Shown here: positions 1-9,976 of the stretch, piece by piece | Layout of the letters: each line of letters opens with the position of its first letter | Numbering within the stretch: position 1 is the first letter of the stretch | Origin: Terriglobia bacterium | GTDB taxonomy: Bacteria; Acidobacteriota; Terriglobia; Acidiferrales; UBA7541 | NCBI GenBank assembly: GCA_963695545.1 | Contig: OY968796.1 | Location: 1,632,001 to 1,696,000, forward strand | Direction: 5' to 3' | Length of the DNA stretch: 64,000 nt | Translations under genes and position numbers: made by a program | The notes under the pieces: model-generated | Database searches by the model: none | What the model saw: the letters and a program-made list of their open reading frames with translations, nothing else | What the model was told of the DNA's origin: nothing

Positions 1-74
1 CGGACGGGCTGCCGGTGCGGCTCGGCTTGCAATTGCACAAGTTCATTTGGGATCCCGCGACGCGCGGAGTTTAG
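1..74 (+). CDS. queE: C-terminal end of 7-carboxy-7-deazaguanine synthase (radical SAM), partial
   Basis: Frame from nt 3 reads DGLPVRLGLQLHKFIWDPATRGV*, matching the QueE QLHKxIW C-terminus; lies directly upstream of queC. Confidence 0.8.
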   Translation, partial: DGLPVRLGLQLHKFIWDPATRGV

Positions 75-118
75 CGAATCGAGCGACGGCACAAGCACGC
101 GGAGACGGAAAAGCTAAA

Positions 119-817
119 ATGAGCGGCGAGCAAAAAGCGGTCGTGCTTTTAAGCGGAGGCATGGATTCTTGCGTCACCGCGGCCATCGCTCGCGAGACGC
201 ACGGTCTCGCGCTGCTTCACGCAAGTTATGGCCAGCTTACCGAGCGCCGCGAGCGCCAGGCATTCGATGCCATCGCCGATTTCTACGGCGTGACCGAGAG
301 GCTGGCGGTGCACTTCGAGCACTTTGCGCAGATCGGTGGCTCGGCGCTGACCGACGCAAGCGTCGCCGTTCCGGAAGCCGATGCTTCGGCGCCGGTTTCG
401 GCCGAGGGAATTCCGGTGACTTACGTTCCCTTTCGCAACGCGCATTTTCTTTCGGTCGCTGTGAGCTGGGCGGAAGTAATCGGCGCGAGTTCAATTTTCG
501 TCGGCGCTGTGGCGGAGGATAGCTCGGGCTATCCGGACTGTCGGCCGGAATATTACCGGGTGTTCGAGGAACTCGCGCGCGTCGGGACGCGGCCGGAAAC
601 GCAAATCAAGATCGAGACGCCGGTGATCGCCATGCGCAAGAACGAAATCGTGCGCCGCGGGATCGAGCTTGGCGCGCCATTGGGCTTAACCTGGTCGTGC
701 TATCAGTATGAAGACGCGGCGTGCGGGGCATGCGATAGTTGCCGCCTGCGCCTGCGGGCGTTTGCGGAGGCGGGCGAAGCCGACCCTATCCCCTATCGCG
801 TGCGAATTGAGCGATAA
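119..817 (+). CDS. queC: 7-cyano-7-deazaguanine synthase
   Basis: SGGMDS PP-loop, TYVPFRN, GYPDCR, TWSCY...CGACDSC zinc motif; ATG at 119. Confidence 0.96.
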   Translation: MSGEQKAVVLLSGGMDSCVTAAIARETHGLALLHASYGQLTERRERQAFDAIADFYGVTERLAVHFEHFAQIGGSALTDASVAVPEADASAPVSAEGIPVTYVPFRNAHFLSVAVSWAEVIGASSIFVGAVAEDSSGYPDCRPEYYRVFEELARVGTRPETQIKIETPVIAMRKNEIVRRGIELGAPLGLTWSCYQYEDAACGACDSCRLRLRAFAEAGEADPIPYRVRIER

Positions 818-881
818 TGTGCCGGCTTCGGAGAACCCGCTGGGACGGGCGGAACGCTGTTTCGGAGGAGAGGGCGCGAAC

Positions 882-2024
882 ATGAGAATCAAAAAGATTC
901 TGTGGATGGCGGTGGCGCTCGCGATGTTTGTGGGGCCGGTGGCTGCCTGGTTGGGTGCCGGGGCCGTGGCGCAAGGCGACAATAACATGTCCGGCACGGT
1001 GTTCGACGTAAACGGCAAGCCGTACCCGAACGTCCAACTGGTATTCACCAGCGAGGACAACGGACGTTCGTTCACTGTCAATGCCGATGACAAGGGCCAT
1101 TACCACACGCCCGGAATGAGCGCCGGCAACTACGACATCGACGTAAAGGACAAAGGCCAAATCGTTTTCAAGACCGGCGTGAAGATCTCCGGTGGCGGCG
1201 AACAATCACTGGACATCAAGATCACCATCTCGGACGCGGCGAAGAAAGCCGCCGAAGAGCAGGCCGCGCAGGAGAAGGCATTTCAAAACCTGAAGGCCAA
1301 CTTCGACGCCGGCGTCACGGCCGCGACGCAAGCAGAGACACTGCACGCGCAGCTGGCGAAGGGCACCGGCGATCAAAGCGCGCTGCAATCGCAGATCACA
1401 CAGGCCTGCGACACCGCGATTCAGGATTTCCAATTGGCCATGCAGGGCATGAAAGACAACGACCCGAACCGCCATATCGTGCTTTCGCGCATTGCCGCCG
1501 CCTACGATCTGGAAGGCAAGCCCGATCAAGCGGTCATTTATTATCAGCAGGCCATCGCCCTCGAGCCCACCAACGCCGGCTACTACAACAATCTTGGGAA
1601 CGCCCTTGCGGCGACCGGCAAAATTGACGATGCCATGGCCGCGTACGCCAAATCCGCCGAAGTCGACCCGACGAACGCCGCGGCCGCCTGGCGCAACGCG
1701 GGCGCGACGCTCTATAACGCGGGAAAAATGAAGGACGCCGTCGATCCTTTCCAGAAGTCTTTGGCGATCGATCCCAAGAACGCGCAAACATGGTTCCTGC
1801 TGGGCCAATGTTTGATGAACACCATGGGCTCAAAACAGGACGGCGACAAAATCGTCCCCATCCTCCAGCCCGGCACGGTCGAAGCGTTCCAAAAGGCGGT
1901 TGCGCTCGATCCGGGCGGAACGTGGGGAACGCAGGCGCAACAGGATCTGGACGCATTGCAGGCTATGGGCCTCGGAATCGATACGAAGGTCAAGAACACC
2001 GCGAGTGGCAAGGGCAAAAGCTAG
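882..2024 (+). CDS. Secreted TPR protein with N-terminal carboxypeptidase-regulatory-like beta domain
   Basis: GGAGGAG upstream, signal peptide, SGTVFDVNGKP domain start, several TPRs (YYNNLGNALA..., AWRNAG..., TWFLLG...). Confidence 0.8.
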   Translation: MRIKKILWMAVALAMFVGPVAAWLGAGAVAQGDNNMSGTVFDVNGKPYPNVQLVFTSEDNGRSFTVNADDKGHYHTPGMSAGNYDIDVKDKGQIVFKTGVKISGGGEQSLDIKITISDAAKKAAEEQAAQEKAFQNLKANFDAGVTAATQAETLHAQLAKGTGDQSALQSQITQACDTAIQDFQLAMQGMKDNDPNRHIVLSRIAAAYDLEGKPDQAVIYYQQAIALEPTNAGYYNNLGNALAATGKIDDAMAAYAKSAEVDPTNAAAAWRNAGATLYNAGKMKDAVDPFQKSLAIDPKNAQTWFLLGQCLMNTMGSKQDGDKIVPILQPGTVEAFQKAVALDPGGTWGTQAQQDLDALQAMGLGIDTKVKNTASGKGKS

Positions 2025-2142
2025 GCCGCTGCTTTTCGGTCAACATTCGTGGCCCGAGTGAAATGCTCGTGTCGCGCGGGAAGCGACCGTATCCGCTGAC
2101 ATCATTGCGTCACGGGAGGAATGTGGTGCAGAGTAGCAGCCG

Positions 2143-3432
2143 ATGCGGTTGCGTCTAGCCAATCCTGCCGCGCGATGGCTGTTTGTTATCGCGGTCGTCT
2201 TGGTCGCTGCGGCCTTGTGTTGGGAGGGCGGCAAGCATGCGCTCGCGACGCATTGGGCAAATTCCGCAGACCCGCAAGATTGGCAGCGTGCCGCCGAACT
2301 TGAGCCTTCAAACGCCGAGCACTGGTATGCACTCGGGCGGTACCGGCAGCTTGATTTTGAGAATGAAAATCTGCCGCTCGCGATATCGTACTACCGGCGT
2401 GCAATCGCGCTCGTTCCGGAATCTCCCTATTATTGGCTCGATCTCGCTAGTACTTACGACGAGGCTGGCGACGCAGCATTAGCCGAATCCGCGTACCAGG
2501 CGGCTGAGCGGGACCATCCAATCTCTGCCGAAGCCGCCTGGCGTTATGGCAATTTTCTCTTGGGCCAAGGCAGAGACGATCAGGCGTACGACGAAATTCA
2601 TCGTGGTCTCTTGGTCGAACCACAATGGCTGGATTTGGCCGTGTCCCGCACATGGCGCAACTCGCAGGACGTGCACGTGCTGCTCGATCGGGTCCTGCCG
2701 GACACTCCGGAGGCACGCGAGCGAGCCCTAACCTTCCTGGTTGCCCAGAACCAGCCGGGCGCCTCACTCGCCGTTTGGCAGCGGATCAAAGAGCGCCAAG
2801 ATCCCGTGGAGCTTACGCAGGCGTTCCCACTTGTCGATTTGTTGATTAAGCAGGACGAGGTGCCGCAGGCGTGGCGGGTGTGGCAGCAGGCTCTTGCGGC
2901 CAGCGGAGCGCCACCCGGATTAGATGGCGTGTCGCGCGTTACCGATGGCGGTTTCGAGACCGCGATTGCGGATGGCGGCTTCGGCTGGAGATATACGCCG
3001 CAGGCGGGAGCGGATGCGAGGCTTGACGCGAGCGAGCCCCACTCCGGCTCCCACGACCTCAAGCTTGCGTTCGATGGTTCTACGAATGTGGATTTCAATG
3101 GCTTTTATGAGTACGTGCCTGCCGAGCCGAGTACTCGCTACCACTTTTCTGCTTACATGCGAGCGCAAGGTCTCGTCACCGATGGCAGCGTGCACTTCGA
3201 GATATCCGATCCCCTCCATCCGTACGATCCGATTTTCGTGACACAGGGCGTCGCGGGCATCGATCCTTGGACTCCGATCACGCTCGATTTCGAGACTGGC
3301 CCAGATACGCACGTGCTGATCGTGTGCCTGCGGCGACCCGCGAGCGCGGTGTTGACAAAGGTTGAAGGCACAGCTTGGGTCGACGATGTGTCGTTGGTAC
3401 CTGCGGCCACGCCGTCGGGAGCCACGCCATGA
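2143..3432 (+). CDS. Membrane-anchored TPR protein with C-terminal carbohydrate-binding-like (CBM4/9-like) domain
   Basis: N-terminal TM helix, TPR-like repeats, DGGFE...GFGW and WVDDVSL motifs; stop overlaps next start (ATGA). Confidence 0.7.
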   Translation: MRLRLANPAARWLFVIAVVLVAAALCWEGGKHALATHWANSADPQDWQRAAELEPSNAEHWYALGRYRQLDFENENLPLAISYYRRAIALVPESPYYWLDLASTYDEAGDAALAESAYQAAERDHPISAEAAWRYGNFLLGQGRDDQAYDEIHRGLLVEPQWLDLAVSRTWRNSQDVHVLLDRVLPDTPEARERALTFLVAQNQPGASLAVWQRIKERQDPVELTQAFPLVDLLIKQDEVPQAWRVWQQALAASGAPPGLDGVSRVTDGGFETAIADGGFGWRYTPQAGADARLDASEPHSGSHDLKLAFDGSTNVDFNGFYEYVPAEPSTRYHFSAYMRAQGLVTDGSVHFEISDPLHPYDPIFVTQGVAGIDPWTPITLDFETGPDTHVLIVCLRRPASAVLTKVEGTAWVDDVSLVPAATPSGATP

Positions 3433-4682
3433 AAGGGATTCGCGTGGGCGTTTGCGCGCTCGTCGCGTTCGCCGTGATCGCTCAGGGCACGACCGAAGCG
3501 TGGTCGGAAGCGGTGCTGGAAATTGGGGCAGGCCTTCTGCTGGTCTGTTGGTGCGTCGTGGTTCTAAGCTCGGATCCAATTGAGCTGCGCGGGAATGTGT
3601 TGCTGTGGCCGCTCGCGGGGCTGTGGATTCTTGCGGTGCTGCAAAGCGTGGCGGGCTTGAGTGCGTATGAGTTTGCGACGCGCATCGAATTGCTCAAAGG
3701 TTCGGCTCTGCTCGTGGTGGTTTTCCTGGCGGTGCAATCGTTCCGCACGGTCCAGGACTGGCGGGACTTCGTCTGGTTTCTGGCCGCTCTCGGCTTCTTC
3801 GTATCACTGTTCGGCATCGCGCAGCACTTCACGTTCAACGGGAAGATGTACTGGTTCCGGGAATTGAAGCTCGGCGGGGTTCCTTTCGGCCCGTATGTGA
3901 ATCGCAATCACTTTGCTGGCTTCGTTGAGCTGGTGGTGCCACCGGGCCTGGCGATGCTGGTGCTTCGCGGCGAACGGCGCGACCTGCTCCCGTTGCTCGC
4001 GATTTTCGCGCTGCTCCCGATCGGGGCGTTGTTCCTGGCGGCCTCGCGCGGTGGGATTATCGCTCTTTTTTGTGAAATCGTGGTGCTCATCGTGCTGATC
4101 GCCATGCGGCGGAAGGAATGGACGACGCTGGCGGCGGGCGCGTTGGTTTTGTTTCTGGCGGCGGCGATGGTCGCGTGGATCGGTGTGGGCCAGGCGCTCG
4201 AACGCTTCGCGCAGTATCGCTCCCTTGAAGTGACGCAGGCGCGCCGCGTGGAAATGACCCGCGATTCGTGGAGAATTTTTCGGGACCATCCCCTGTTCGG
4301 CACCGGCTTCGGAACGCTGGAGCAGGTTTTTCCGCGTTATGAAACGCTGTACGACGGATTGATTGTGGATCATTCCCATGACGACTACGTCGAGTTGCTC
4401 GCCAACGCGGGCATCGCCGGAGGATTACTGGGAGCGTGGTTTTTGGTGCTGCTCTTCTGGGGAGGCGCGAAGTCGCTGGGCGCAAGCCGAGCGACGCCGG
4501 ATCTGGCGCTGCATATTGGGGCGCTCACGGCGTGCGTGGGATTGCTGGTGCATAGCTTTTCGGATTTCAATTTTCACATCCCGGCGAATGCTTTGATTTT
4601 CTTGCTGCTCGCCACGCTCGCCACATCCGCAACCGCGCCGCTCGGGCCGCTGCCCGTGCCGTCGCACGGCGAGCGGCGATGA
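3429..4682 (+). CDS. O-antigen ligase/Wzy_C family membrane protein
   Basis: Multiple TM helices, GPYVNRNHFAG, SRGG, PLFGTGFG, HSHDDY, HSFSDFNFHIPAN. Confidence 0.88.
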   Translation: MKGIRVGVCALVAFAVIAQGTTEAWSEAVLEIGAGLLLVCWCVVVLSSDPIELRGNVLLWPLAGLWILAVLQSVAGLSAYEFATRIELLKGSALLVVVFLAVQSFRTVQDWRDFVWFLAALGFFVSLFGIAQHFTFNGKMYWFRELKLGGVPFGPYVNRNHFAGFVELVVPPGLAMLVLRGERRDLLPLLAIFALLPIGALFLAASRGGIIALFCEIVVLIVLIAMRRKEWTTLAAGALVLFLAAAMVAWIGVGQALERFAQYRSLEVTQARRVEMTRDSWRIFRDHPLFGTGFGTLEQVFPRYETLYDGLIVDHSHDDYVELLANAGIAGGLLGAWFLVLLFWGGAKSLGASRATPDLALHIGALTACVGLLVHSFSDFNFHIPANALIFLLLATLATSATAPLGPLPVPSHGERR

Positions 4683-5323
4683 GCGGTGAGGATCTCGCGC
4701 AGCGCCCGGGCCGAGCGGTGGCCGGAATCGGGAAGCTGCACGGGCGCCTGGTATCTCCGCGCCGCGTCACGGTGTTGGCCGAGCGACTCGGCGCGTTTCT
4801 GCCGCGCGATTGCCGGTTGTTGGACGTGGGCTGCGGCGATGGCGCGCTCGGCGCGCTGCTTCAGCAATCTGTTCCGGGATTGCGCGTGACGGGTGTGGAG
4901 GTGCTTCCGCGCGAAGGTTGTCCGATCGAGTGCCACGCGTTCGATGGCCGGCATCTTCCGTTTCCAGACGGCTCTTTCGATGGATGTCTTTTCGTGGACG
5001 TACTGCACCACACGAACGATCCGTTCGCGATTCTGGAAGACGCATGCCGCGTCAGCCGGGAATTCATTTTGATAAAGGATCATTTGGCCGAGACGCGCTG
5101 GGATCATCTGCGACTGCGTTTCATGGACTGGGTCGGAAACCGGCCGCACGGCGTGGTGTTGCCGTATGCGTATCTTTCGCGGGCGAAATGGCGCGATCTG
5201 TTCGATCGTCTGGGGCTTTCGGAAGTGCGAACCGATGGCGATCTGCCGCTTTATCCGGCTCCGGCGTCGCTGGTCTTCGGTGGGAGATTGCATTTCGCCA
5301 CGTTGCTGCGGAAGAGCAAATAG
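4679..5323 (+). CDS. Class I SAM-dependent methyltransferase
   Basis: LLDVGCGDG motif I, LPFPDGSFD, DVLHH. Confidence 0.88.
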   Translation: MSGEDLAQRPGRAVAGIGKLHGRLVSPRRVTVLAERLGAFLPRDCRLLDVGCGDGALGALLQQSVPGLRVTGVEVLPREGCPIECHAFDGRHLPFPDGSFDGCLFVDVLHHTNDPFAILEDACRVSREFILIKDHLAETRWDHLRLRFMDWVGNRPHGVVLPYAYLSRAKWRDLFDRLGLSEVRTDGDLPLYPAPASLVFGGRLHFATLLRKSK

Positions 5324-5345
5324 ATTTCGAGCATCGCGATGCATT

Positions 5346-6545
5346 TTAGCGCCGCGCCATTCCCAATACGCTCAAGAACAGGCTGGAAAGAAATGTCTGG
5401 AAGCCCAGGGCGATGAGCACGGCTCCGGGAATGGTGACGCGCATGGTGGCGTCAATATCCAGATTGCTGAAGTGGTGCGCTCCCCAAGTTCTCAGCACGG
5501 CAGCCCAGGCGGCGAAACCAATCACCATCAGCAGAGCGCCGGCGGCGAGGCCGACTTCGAGAGTGATGTAGCGAAAGAGGCGATTCAGGCGCGGATCCTC
5601 GGGCGCCAAGCCTTCGGTGATCGCGAAAAGTTTTGTTAAGAACGCGAAGGTGACCGACTGGAAGCCCAGGAGAACCGCGAGGCCCGCGAAAAGTAAAGTG
5701 TGCACGTCGAAGGTGACGCCGCCGACGGTACGCGGACCGGGAATCAGCCACAGTCCGGCGGCGGTGCCGGCAAGCATCAGCCCAATTCCGGGATAAAGAA
5801 AAAGCCAGCGCGGGCTGTAGAGCAATAAGAAGCGAAGGCCGCGCCAGCCGTCGCGCCAAGTGCGCAGGTGCGGCGGGCGATCGCGCCCATCGGGGCGCAG
5901 GGTTGTGGGGACTTCGGCGATGCGCAGGCAAAACATGGCGGATTTGACGACCATCTCGGTTGCGAATTCCATGCCCGTGGTGCGCAAACCGAGACGCAGG
6001 ATGGCATCGCGGCGGAATCCGCGCAGTCCGCAGTAGATATCGCCGCATGGACTGCCGAAGAACAGGCGCGCAATCGCCGTCAGCACCGGAGTGCCGAGAT
6101 AGCGATGCGACGCGGGCATGGCGCCGAGTGCGATTCCGCCTCGAAATCTATTGCCCATCACCAGATCGTTGCCTTCGCGCAACTTCGCGACGAACGCGGG
6201 GATGTGCGTGAAGTCGTAACTTTGGTCGGCGTCTCCCATGATCACGAAAACGCCGCGGGCCGCGGAGAAGCCGCCGAGCAGCGCGTTGCCGTATCCCTTT
6301 TTCTCGACGGGAACGATGCGCGCGCCGAGGTTGCGGGCGATTTCGATCGAGCGATCCGTGCTGCCGTTATCGGCGACGACCACTTCGCCGCGCAGGCCCG
6401 CGCGCGCGAGCGTCTCGAGAGCTTCGGAGACGCAAGCGCCGATGGTCTTTTCCTCGTTGAGACACGGCATCACCACCGAGATTTCGATGTCGGTGTCCGG
6501 CGGGGTCGGGTCAATCCCCGGTGTTGATTTCGTTTGATCGCTCAT
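5346..6545 (-). CDS. GT2 glycosyltransferase, polyprenol-phosphate-sugar (DPM) synthase-like, with C-terminal TM helices
   Basis: ISVVMPCLNEE, VADNGSTD, MGDADQSYD, GMEFATEM, RTWRDGWR; start placed at MSDQ. Confidence 0.9.
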   Translation of the reverse strand: MSDQTKSTPGIDPTPPDTDIEISVVMPCLNEEKTIGACVSEALETLARAGLRGEVVVADNGSTDRSIEIARNLGARIVPVEKKGYGNALLGGFSAARGVFVIMGDADQSYDFTHIPAFVAKLREGNDLVMGNRFRGGIALGAMPASHRYLGTPVLTAIARLFFGSPCGDIYCGLRGFRRDAILRLGLRTTGMEFATEMVVKSAMFCLRIAEVPTTLRPDGRDRPPHLRTWRDGWRGLRFLLLYSPRWLFLYPGIGLMLAGTAAGLWLIPGPRTVGGVTFDVHTLLFAGLAVLLGFQSVTFAFLTKLFAITEGLAPEDPRLNRLFRYITLEVGLAAGALLMVIGFAAWAAVLRTWGAHHFSNLDIDATMRVTIPGAVLIALGFQTFLSSLFLSVLGMARR

Positions 6546-6564
6546 GAAGTGCCCGTGCTCGCTA

Positions 6565-6608
6565 TTTGGCTGAGGCATTATCCGTGACGCGCCGATGCGA
6601 TTCAATGT
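6565..6608 (-). promoter_or_regulatory. 44-bp direct repeat copy 1 containing a sigma70-like promoter (TTGAAT-N17-GATAAT)
   Basis: Identical to 8111-8154; on the minus strand -35 is at 6605-6600 and -10 at 6582-6577, just upstream of the GT2 start. Confidence 0.75.
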
Positions 6609-6921
6609 TCTGGCGCGAGGGCTGGTCGTGAGCGGCGAGCGGGCCGAGGGCGCGATCTTCGAGCGCAGCCGGAGGTCAACTTCCGGGATATGCCCCATCT
6701 ATCTACGGTAGCAAACGCATAAAATGAGGAAAAAATGGTTTGCAGGAAAAGAGTAAAGAGTGCAGACGAGTCTGACACCCGCGGGAGGGTAGGCACTTAC
6801 TGTCAAACTGCGAAGTTCCATCTCCGCGCGCGGCCAGCATATCTCGACGTGTTCTTAAATCAAAACGTGCGAGGGTTCGTTCCGGGGAGAGATAGTCTCG
6901 ACCGCAAATGACCGACGCCGC

Positions 6922-7923
6922 CTAGGATTCGCGGACCGCGTTCGCGGTGCGCAACCATTCCACAAATCGTTTCAATCCCTCCGCGAGCGGCACCTGCGGT
7001 TTGTACGCCAGCATGCGCTCCGCGCGCGAAATATCCGCCCAGGTGATCGGCACATCGCCCACCTGCATGGGCAGCGCGCGCCGCTCCGCCGTGCGCCCCG
7101 TGGCTTTTTCAATCGCCGCCACCAATTCGTCCAATCGCACCGGACTAGAATTCCCCAAATTGAAAATCTCGAACGCCGCGCTCGCCGCGCCGCCGCGCGC
7201 GGCGAATTTGTAATCCAGCGCCGCCAAAACTCCCGCCACAATATCGTCCACGTATGTATAGTCCCGCGCAGAAGAGCCATCGCCGAAAATCGGCAGCGCC
7301 TCACCGCTCTCCATCAACGCCGTGAATCTGTGAATCGCAAGATCGGGCCGCTGCCGCGGTCCGTACACCGTAAAAAGCCGCAGGCACACCACTTGCAATC
7401 CCCAAACGTGCGCGTAGGTATATGCGAGCAATTCCCCGCTGAGTTTCGTCGCCGCGTAGGGCGAAATCGGCCGCAGCGTAACCCTGTCCTCCGAAAATGG
7501 CACTGGGCTATCCGCGCCATACACCGAGCTCGACGAACCGAAAACGAACCGCGGCACGCAAAATTCGCGGCACCACTCCAGAAGATTGAGCGTGCCCCTG
7601 ACGTTCACGCGCTCATAAAGCTGCGGCTGCTCGATCGAAGGACGCACTCCCGCTCGCGCCGCCAGATGAATCACCGCATCGGGTTGCGTCGCCGCAAAAA
7701 TCGCGCGCATGCGATCCACATCGCAGATATCCGCCTCTTCAAATCGAAAATCGCCCCGCCGCCGCACTTCGTCCAGATTCGCGCGCTTCCGTTGCGGCGA
7801 ATAAAAATCGTCCAACGCGTCCACGATCGTGAGTTGCGCGCCGCGCTGCAAAAGCGCCTCAGCCACGTGGGAGCCGATGAATCCCGCGCCGCCCGTCAGC
7901 AGAATTTTCGTCGCGTTCATCAT
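6922..7923 (-). CDS. NAD-dependent epimerase, UDP-glucuronate 4-epimerase-like
   Basis: TGGAGFIG, HLAARAGVRPS, SSSSVYG, YAATK, GPRQRPD; GGGGAGA RBS before MMN. Confidence 0.9.
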   Translation of the reverse strand: MMNATKILLTGGAGFIGSHVAEALLQRGAQLTIVDALDDFYSPQRKRANLDEVRRRGDFRFEEADICDVDRMRAIFAATQPDAVIHLAARAGVRPSIEQPQLYERVNVRGTLNLLEWCREFCVPRFVFGSSSSVYGADSPVPFSEDRVTLRPISPYAATKLSGELLAYTYAHVWGLQVVCLRLFTVYGPRQRPDLAIHRFTALMESGEALPIFGDGSSARDYTYVDDIVAGVLAALDYKFAARGGAASAAFEIFNLGNSSPVRLDELVAAIEKATGRTAERRALPMQVGDVPITWADISRAERMLAYKPQVPLAEGLKRFVEWLRTANAVRES

Positions 7924-8110
7924 TCTCCCCATCGCCACCGCCCGATAAGCCCCGGTCTTCGCGTCCATGCGTATAATTCGCGGAGGCCGCCCTCGGAAGC
8001 GTCCCGCGCGTCCGAAATCGGCCCTTGCGCTTCGTGCGCTGGGTCGCCGCGCTGCGCCGCCCATTCAACCCATTCGCTCAGCGCGATCAGCGTCCACGGC
8101 GCGCGCGAGG

Positions 8111-8154
8111 TTTGGCTGAGGCATTATCCGTGACGCGCCGATGCGATTCAATGT
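8111..8154 (-). promoter_or_regulatory. 44-bp direct repeat copy 2 containing a sigma70-like promoter
   Basis: Identical to 6565-6608; about 190 bp upstream of the epimerase start. Confidence 0.72.
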
Positions 8155-8443
8155 ATGGACCGAGCGGTTTCGAAGGTCTGTGTGCTTTTAGCGCAATTGC
8201 TCGGGCTGCACGCCGCCGTCGATAGCATTAGCCCAGCCGGAACACGGAATGGGCACATCGAATGGCCCCGCCCCGTTCGTGGATTACTGGCGTTATACGA
8301 ACGACATCGGTTGGGTTCGCGGGTCTATTGGTACGATTTGACGCTGTTGAGCTACTCAAGCCAGCAAGACCCAAGCTATGTCTCGCTCTTTAGCTCAGCA
8401 ATTCGCACATTCACTTCCGCGCCGGTCAGAATTCCCTTTTGTT

Positions 8444-8471
8444 TTGACAACTCGAAAATCGCGTCCGTAAT
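8444..8471 (+). promoter_or_regulatory. Candidate sigma70 promoter for the wza-wzc operon (TTGACA-N16-CGTAAT)
   Basis: Perfect -35 hexamer in the AT-richer divergent intergenic region, about 300 bp upstream of wza. Confidence 0.4.
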
Positions 8472-8771
8472 CAACAGACTGAGTAATGGCGTCTCGGCAA
8501 TCGTGGGGTTACACTTGGCGGAATTCTCGCCACTCTTCATTTTGATGTGCAATGACTTTATGGTTATCCAAAAGGTTGTAGCAACGGTTGAGAATGGTCG
8601 CCATGAAACATCACTGTCGCCATCAAATCCTCCGCCGACCAGAACAGTTCCATTGGGCAGGGACGTCCAGGTTTGAAGGTTCGGAGTAGGAGGGGGTTGC
8701 GAACCTCGAAATGCGCACTTTGTGCATCCAACTGGCTGTATACTGTTGAACTTGTACGGGGGAATTATCCG

Positions 8772-9872
8772 ATGCTTTCCGAGTGTGTGTCCTCATTTGA
8801 TAGACGATCGGGCCTGATCGCGCTTGTCCTTTTGGCTCTATCGGTTGCCGCACCATCGGGCAGATCGCAACAGACAGCGCAGCCCACCACCCAATTCGCG
8901 GAAGGGGTCCCCAAGCTTCAAACGGCGGACGACACCAACGCCCGCATCACCGAGCTTGCGCGATCCGCAGCGGTGCGCCCCGGCGATTACGTGATCGGCA
9001 GCGGGGATCTGCTGGACATCGAAGTGTTCGAAGTGCCGGAGCTGTCGCGCGAGATACGCGTGAATCAATCGGGCTACATCGCCCTGCCGTTGATTCCGAC
9101 GAAAATTCGCGTGAAGGGGCTGACCGCGTTTCAATTGCAGGACAAGCTGGCGGAGCTTCTGCAGACGAACGGACTGGTGACCAATCCGCAGGTCAGCGTG
9201 AACGTGAAGGAAGAGCATGGTGAGCCGATCACGGTGATCGGAGCGGTGAAGAACCCGATGGTGATCGAGGCGGTGCGGTCGACGACGCTGCTTGAGGTGT
9301 TGTCATCGGCGGGCGGCATTGCAGACGACGCGGGAAACGTGGTGCTGGTGACGCGCAACGGCAGCCCCGCGGCGGCACCGGCGGATTCCAACAACGGCGG
9401 CGGAGCCGAGGCGGCCGCACCGCAGACGTTTACGATCAATCTGGACGATTTGCTGAACACAGGCGATTCGAGATTCAACATTCCCGTTCAGGGCGGAGAC
9501 GTCGTCAGCGTGCCGCGCGCGGGGATCATATACGTGGTCGGGGCCGTGGCGCGTCCCGGGGGATTCGTGATGGCGAACGATCACCAAGAAGTCACCGCGC
9601 TCAAGTTGCTGGCGCTAGCCGGGGGGACGACCTCGACGGCGCGCTCGACCCAGGCGGTGATCCTGCGGAACAACGCGGTCACGGGTCAGAAAGAGCAACT
9701 GCCGGTGGATCTGAAAAAGGTTCTGGACTTGAAAGGCCCGGACGTGGCGTTGCTTCCAAACGACATCTTGTTTGTTCCAGACAGCGCGAGCAAGCGTGCG
9801 TGGCACAAGACGGGCGACATCATGGTATCTCTGGGGTCAGGTGTGGCCTTATATCGCCTGGCAGGCATATAG
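8772..9872 (+). CDS. wza: Polysaccharide export protein (Wza/OPX family; Poly_export + SLBB domains)
   Basis: YVIGSGDLLDIEVF, G.IALPLI, repeated V.GAV..PG SLBB motifs, DILFVP. Confidence 0.9.
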   Translation: MLSECVSSFDRRSGLIALVLLALSVAAPSGRSQQTAQPTTQFAEGVPKLQTADDTNARITELARSAAVRPGDYVIGSGDLLDIEVFEVPELSREIRVNQSGYIALPLIPTKIRVKGLTAFQLQDKLAELLQTNGLVTNPQVSVNVKEEHGEPITVIGAVKNPMVIEAVRSTTLLEVLSSAGGIADDAGNVVLVTRNGSPAAAPADSNNGGGAEAAAPQTFTINLDDLLNTGDSRFNIPVQGGDVVSVPRAGIIYVVGAVARPGGFVMANDHQEVTALKLLALAGGTTSTARSTQAVILRNNAVTGQKEQLPVDLKKVLDLKGPDVALLPNDILFVPDSASKRAWHKTGDIMVSLGSGVALYRLAGI

Positions 9873-9976
9873 AATTTGCGCAGGCGCGCAGCGAATTTCA
9901 GGCCGATCGCAGCCAGAAATGTAATCGGTGTTTGAACGACGAGCGAGACCCAGCGGAAAGAGGCGGTGAAGCGATC

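Noticed and set aside
1..817. queE-queC as part of a 7-deazaguanine DNA-modification (dpd) defence system
   Set aside because: No dpdA/tgt-like or other dpd genes in the window; ordinary queuosine biosynthesis is the simpler reading
8155..8676. 173-aa ORF upstream of wza
   Set aside because: Atypical composition, no RBS or motifs; overlaps the probable promoter region
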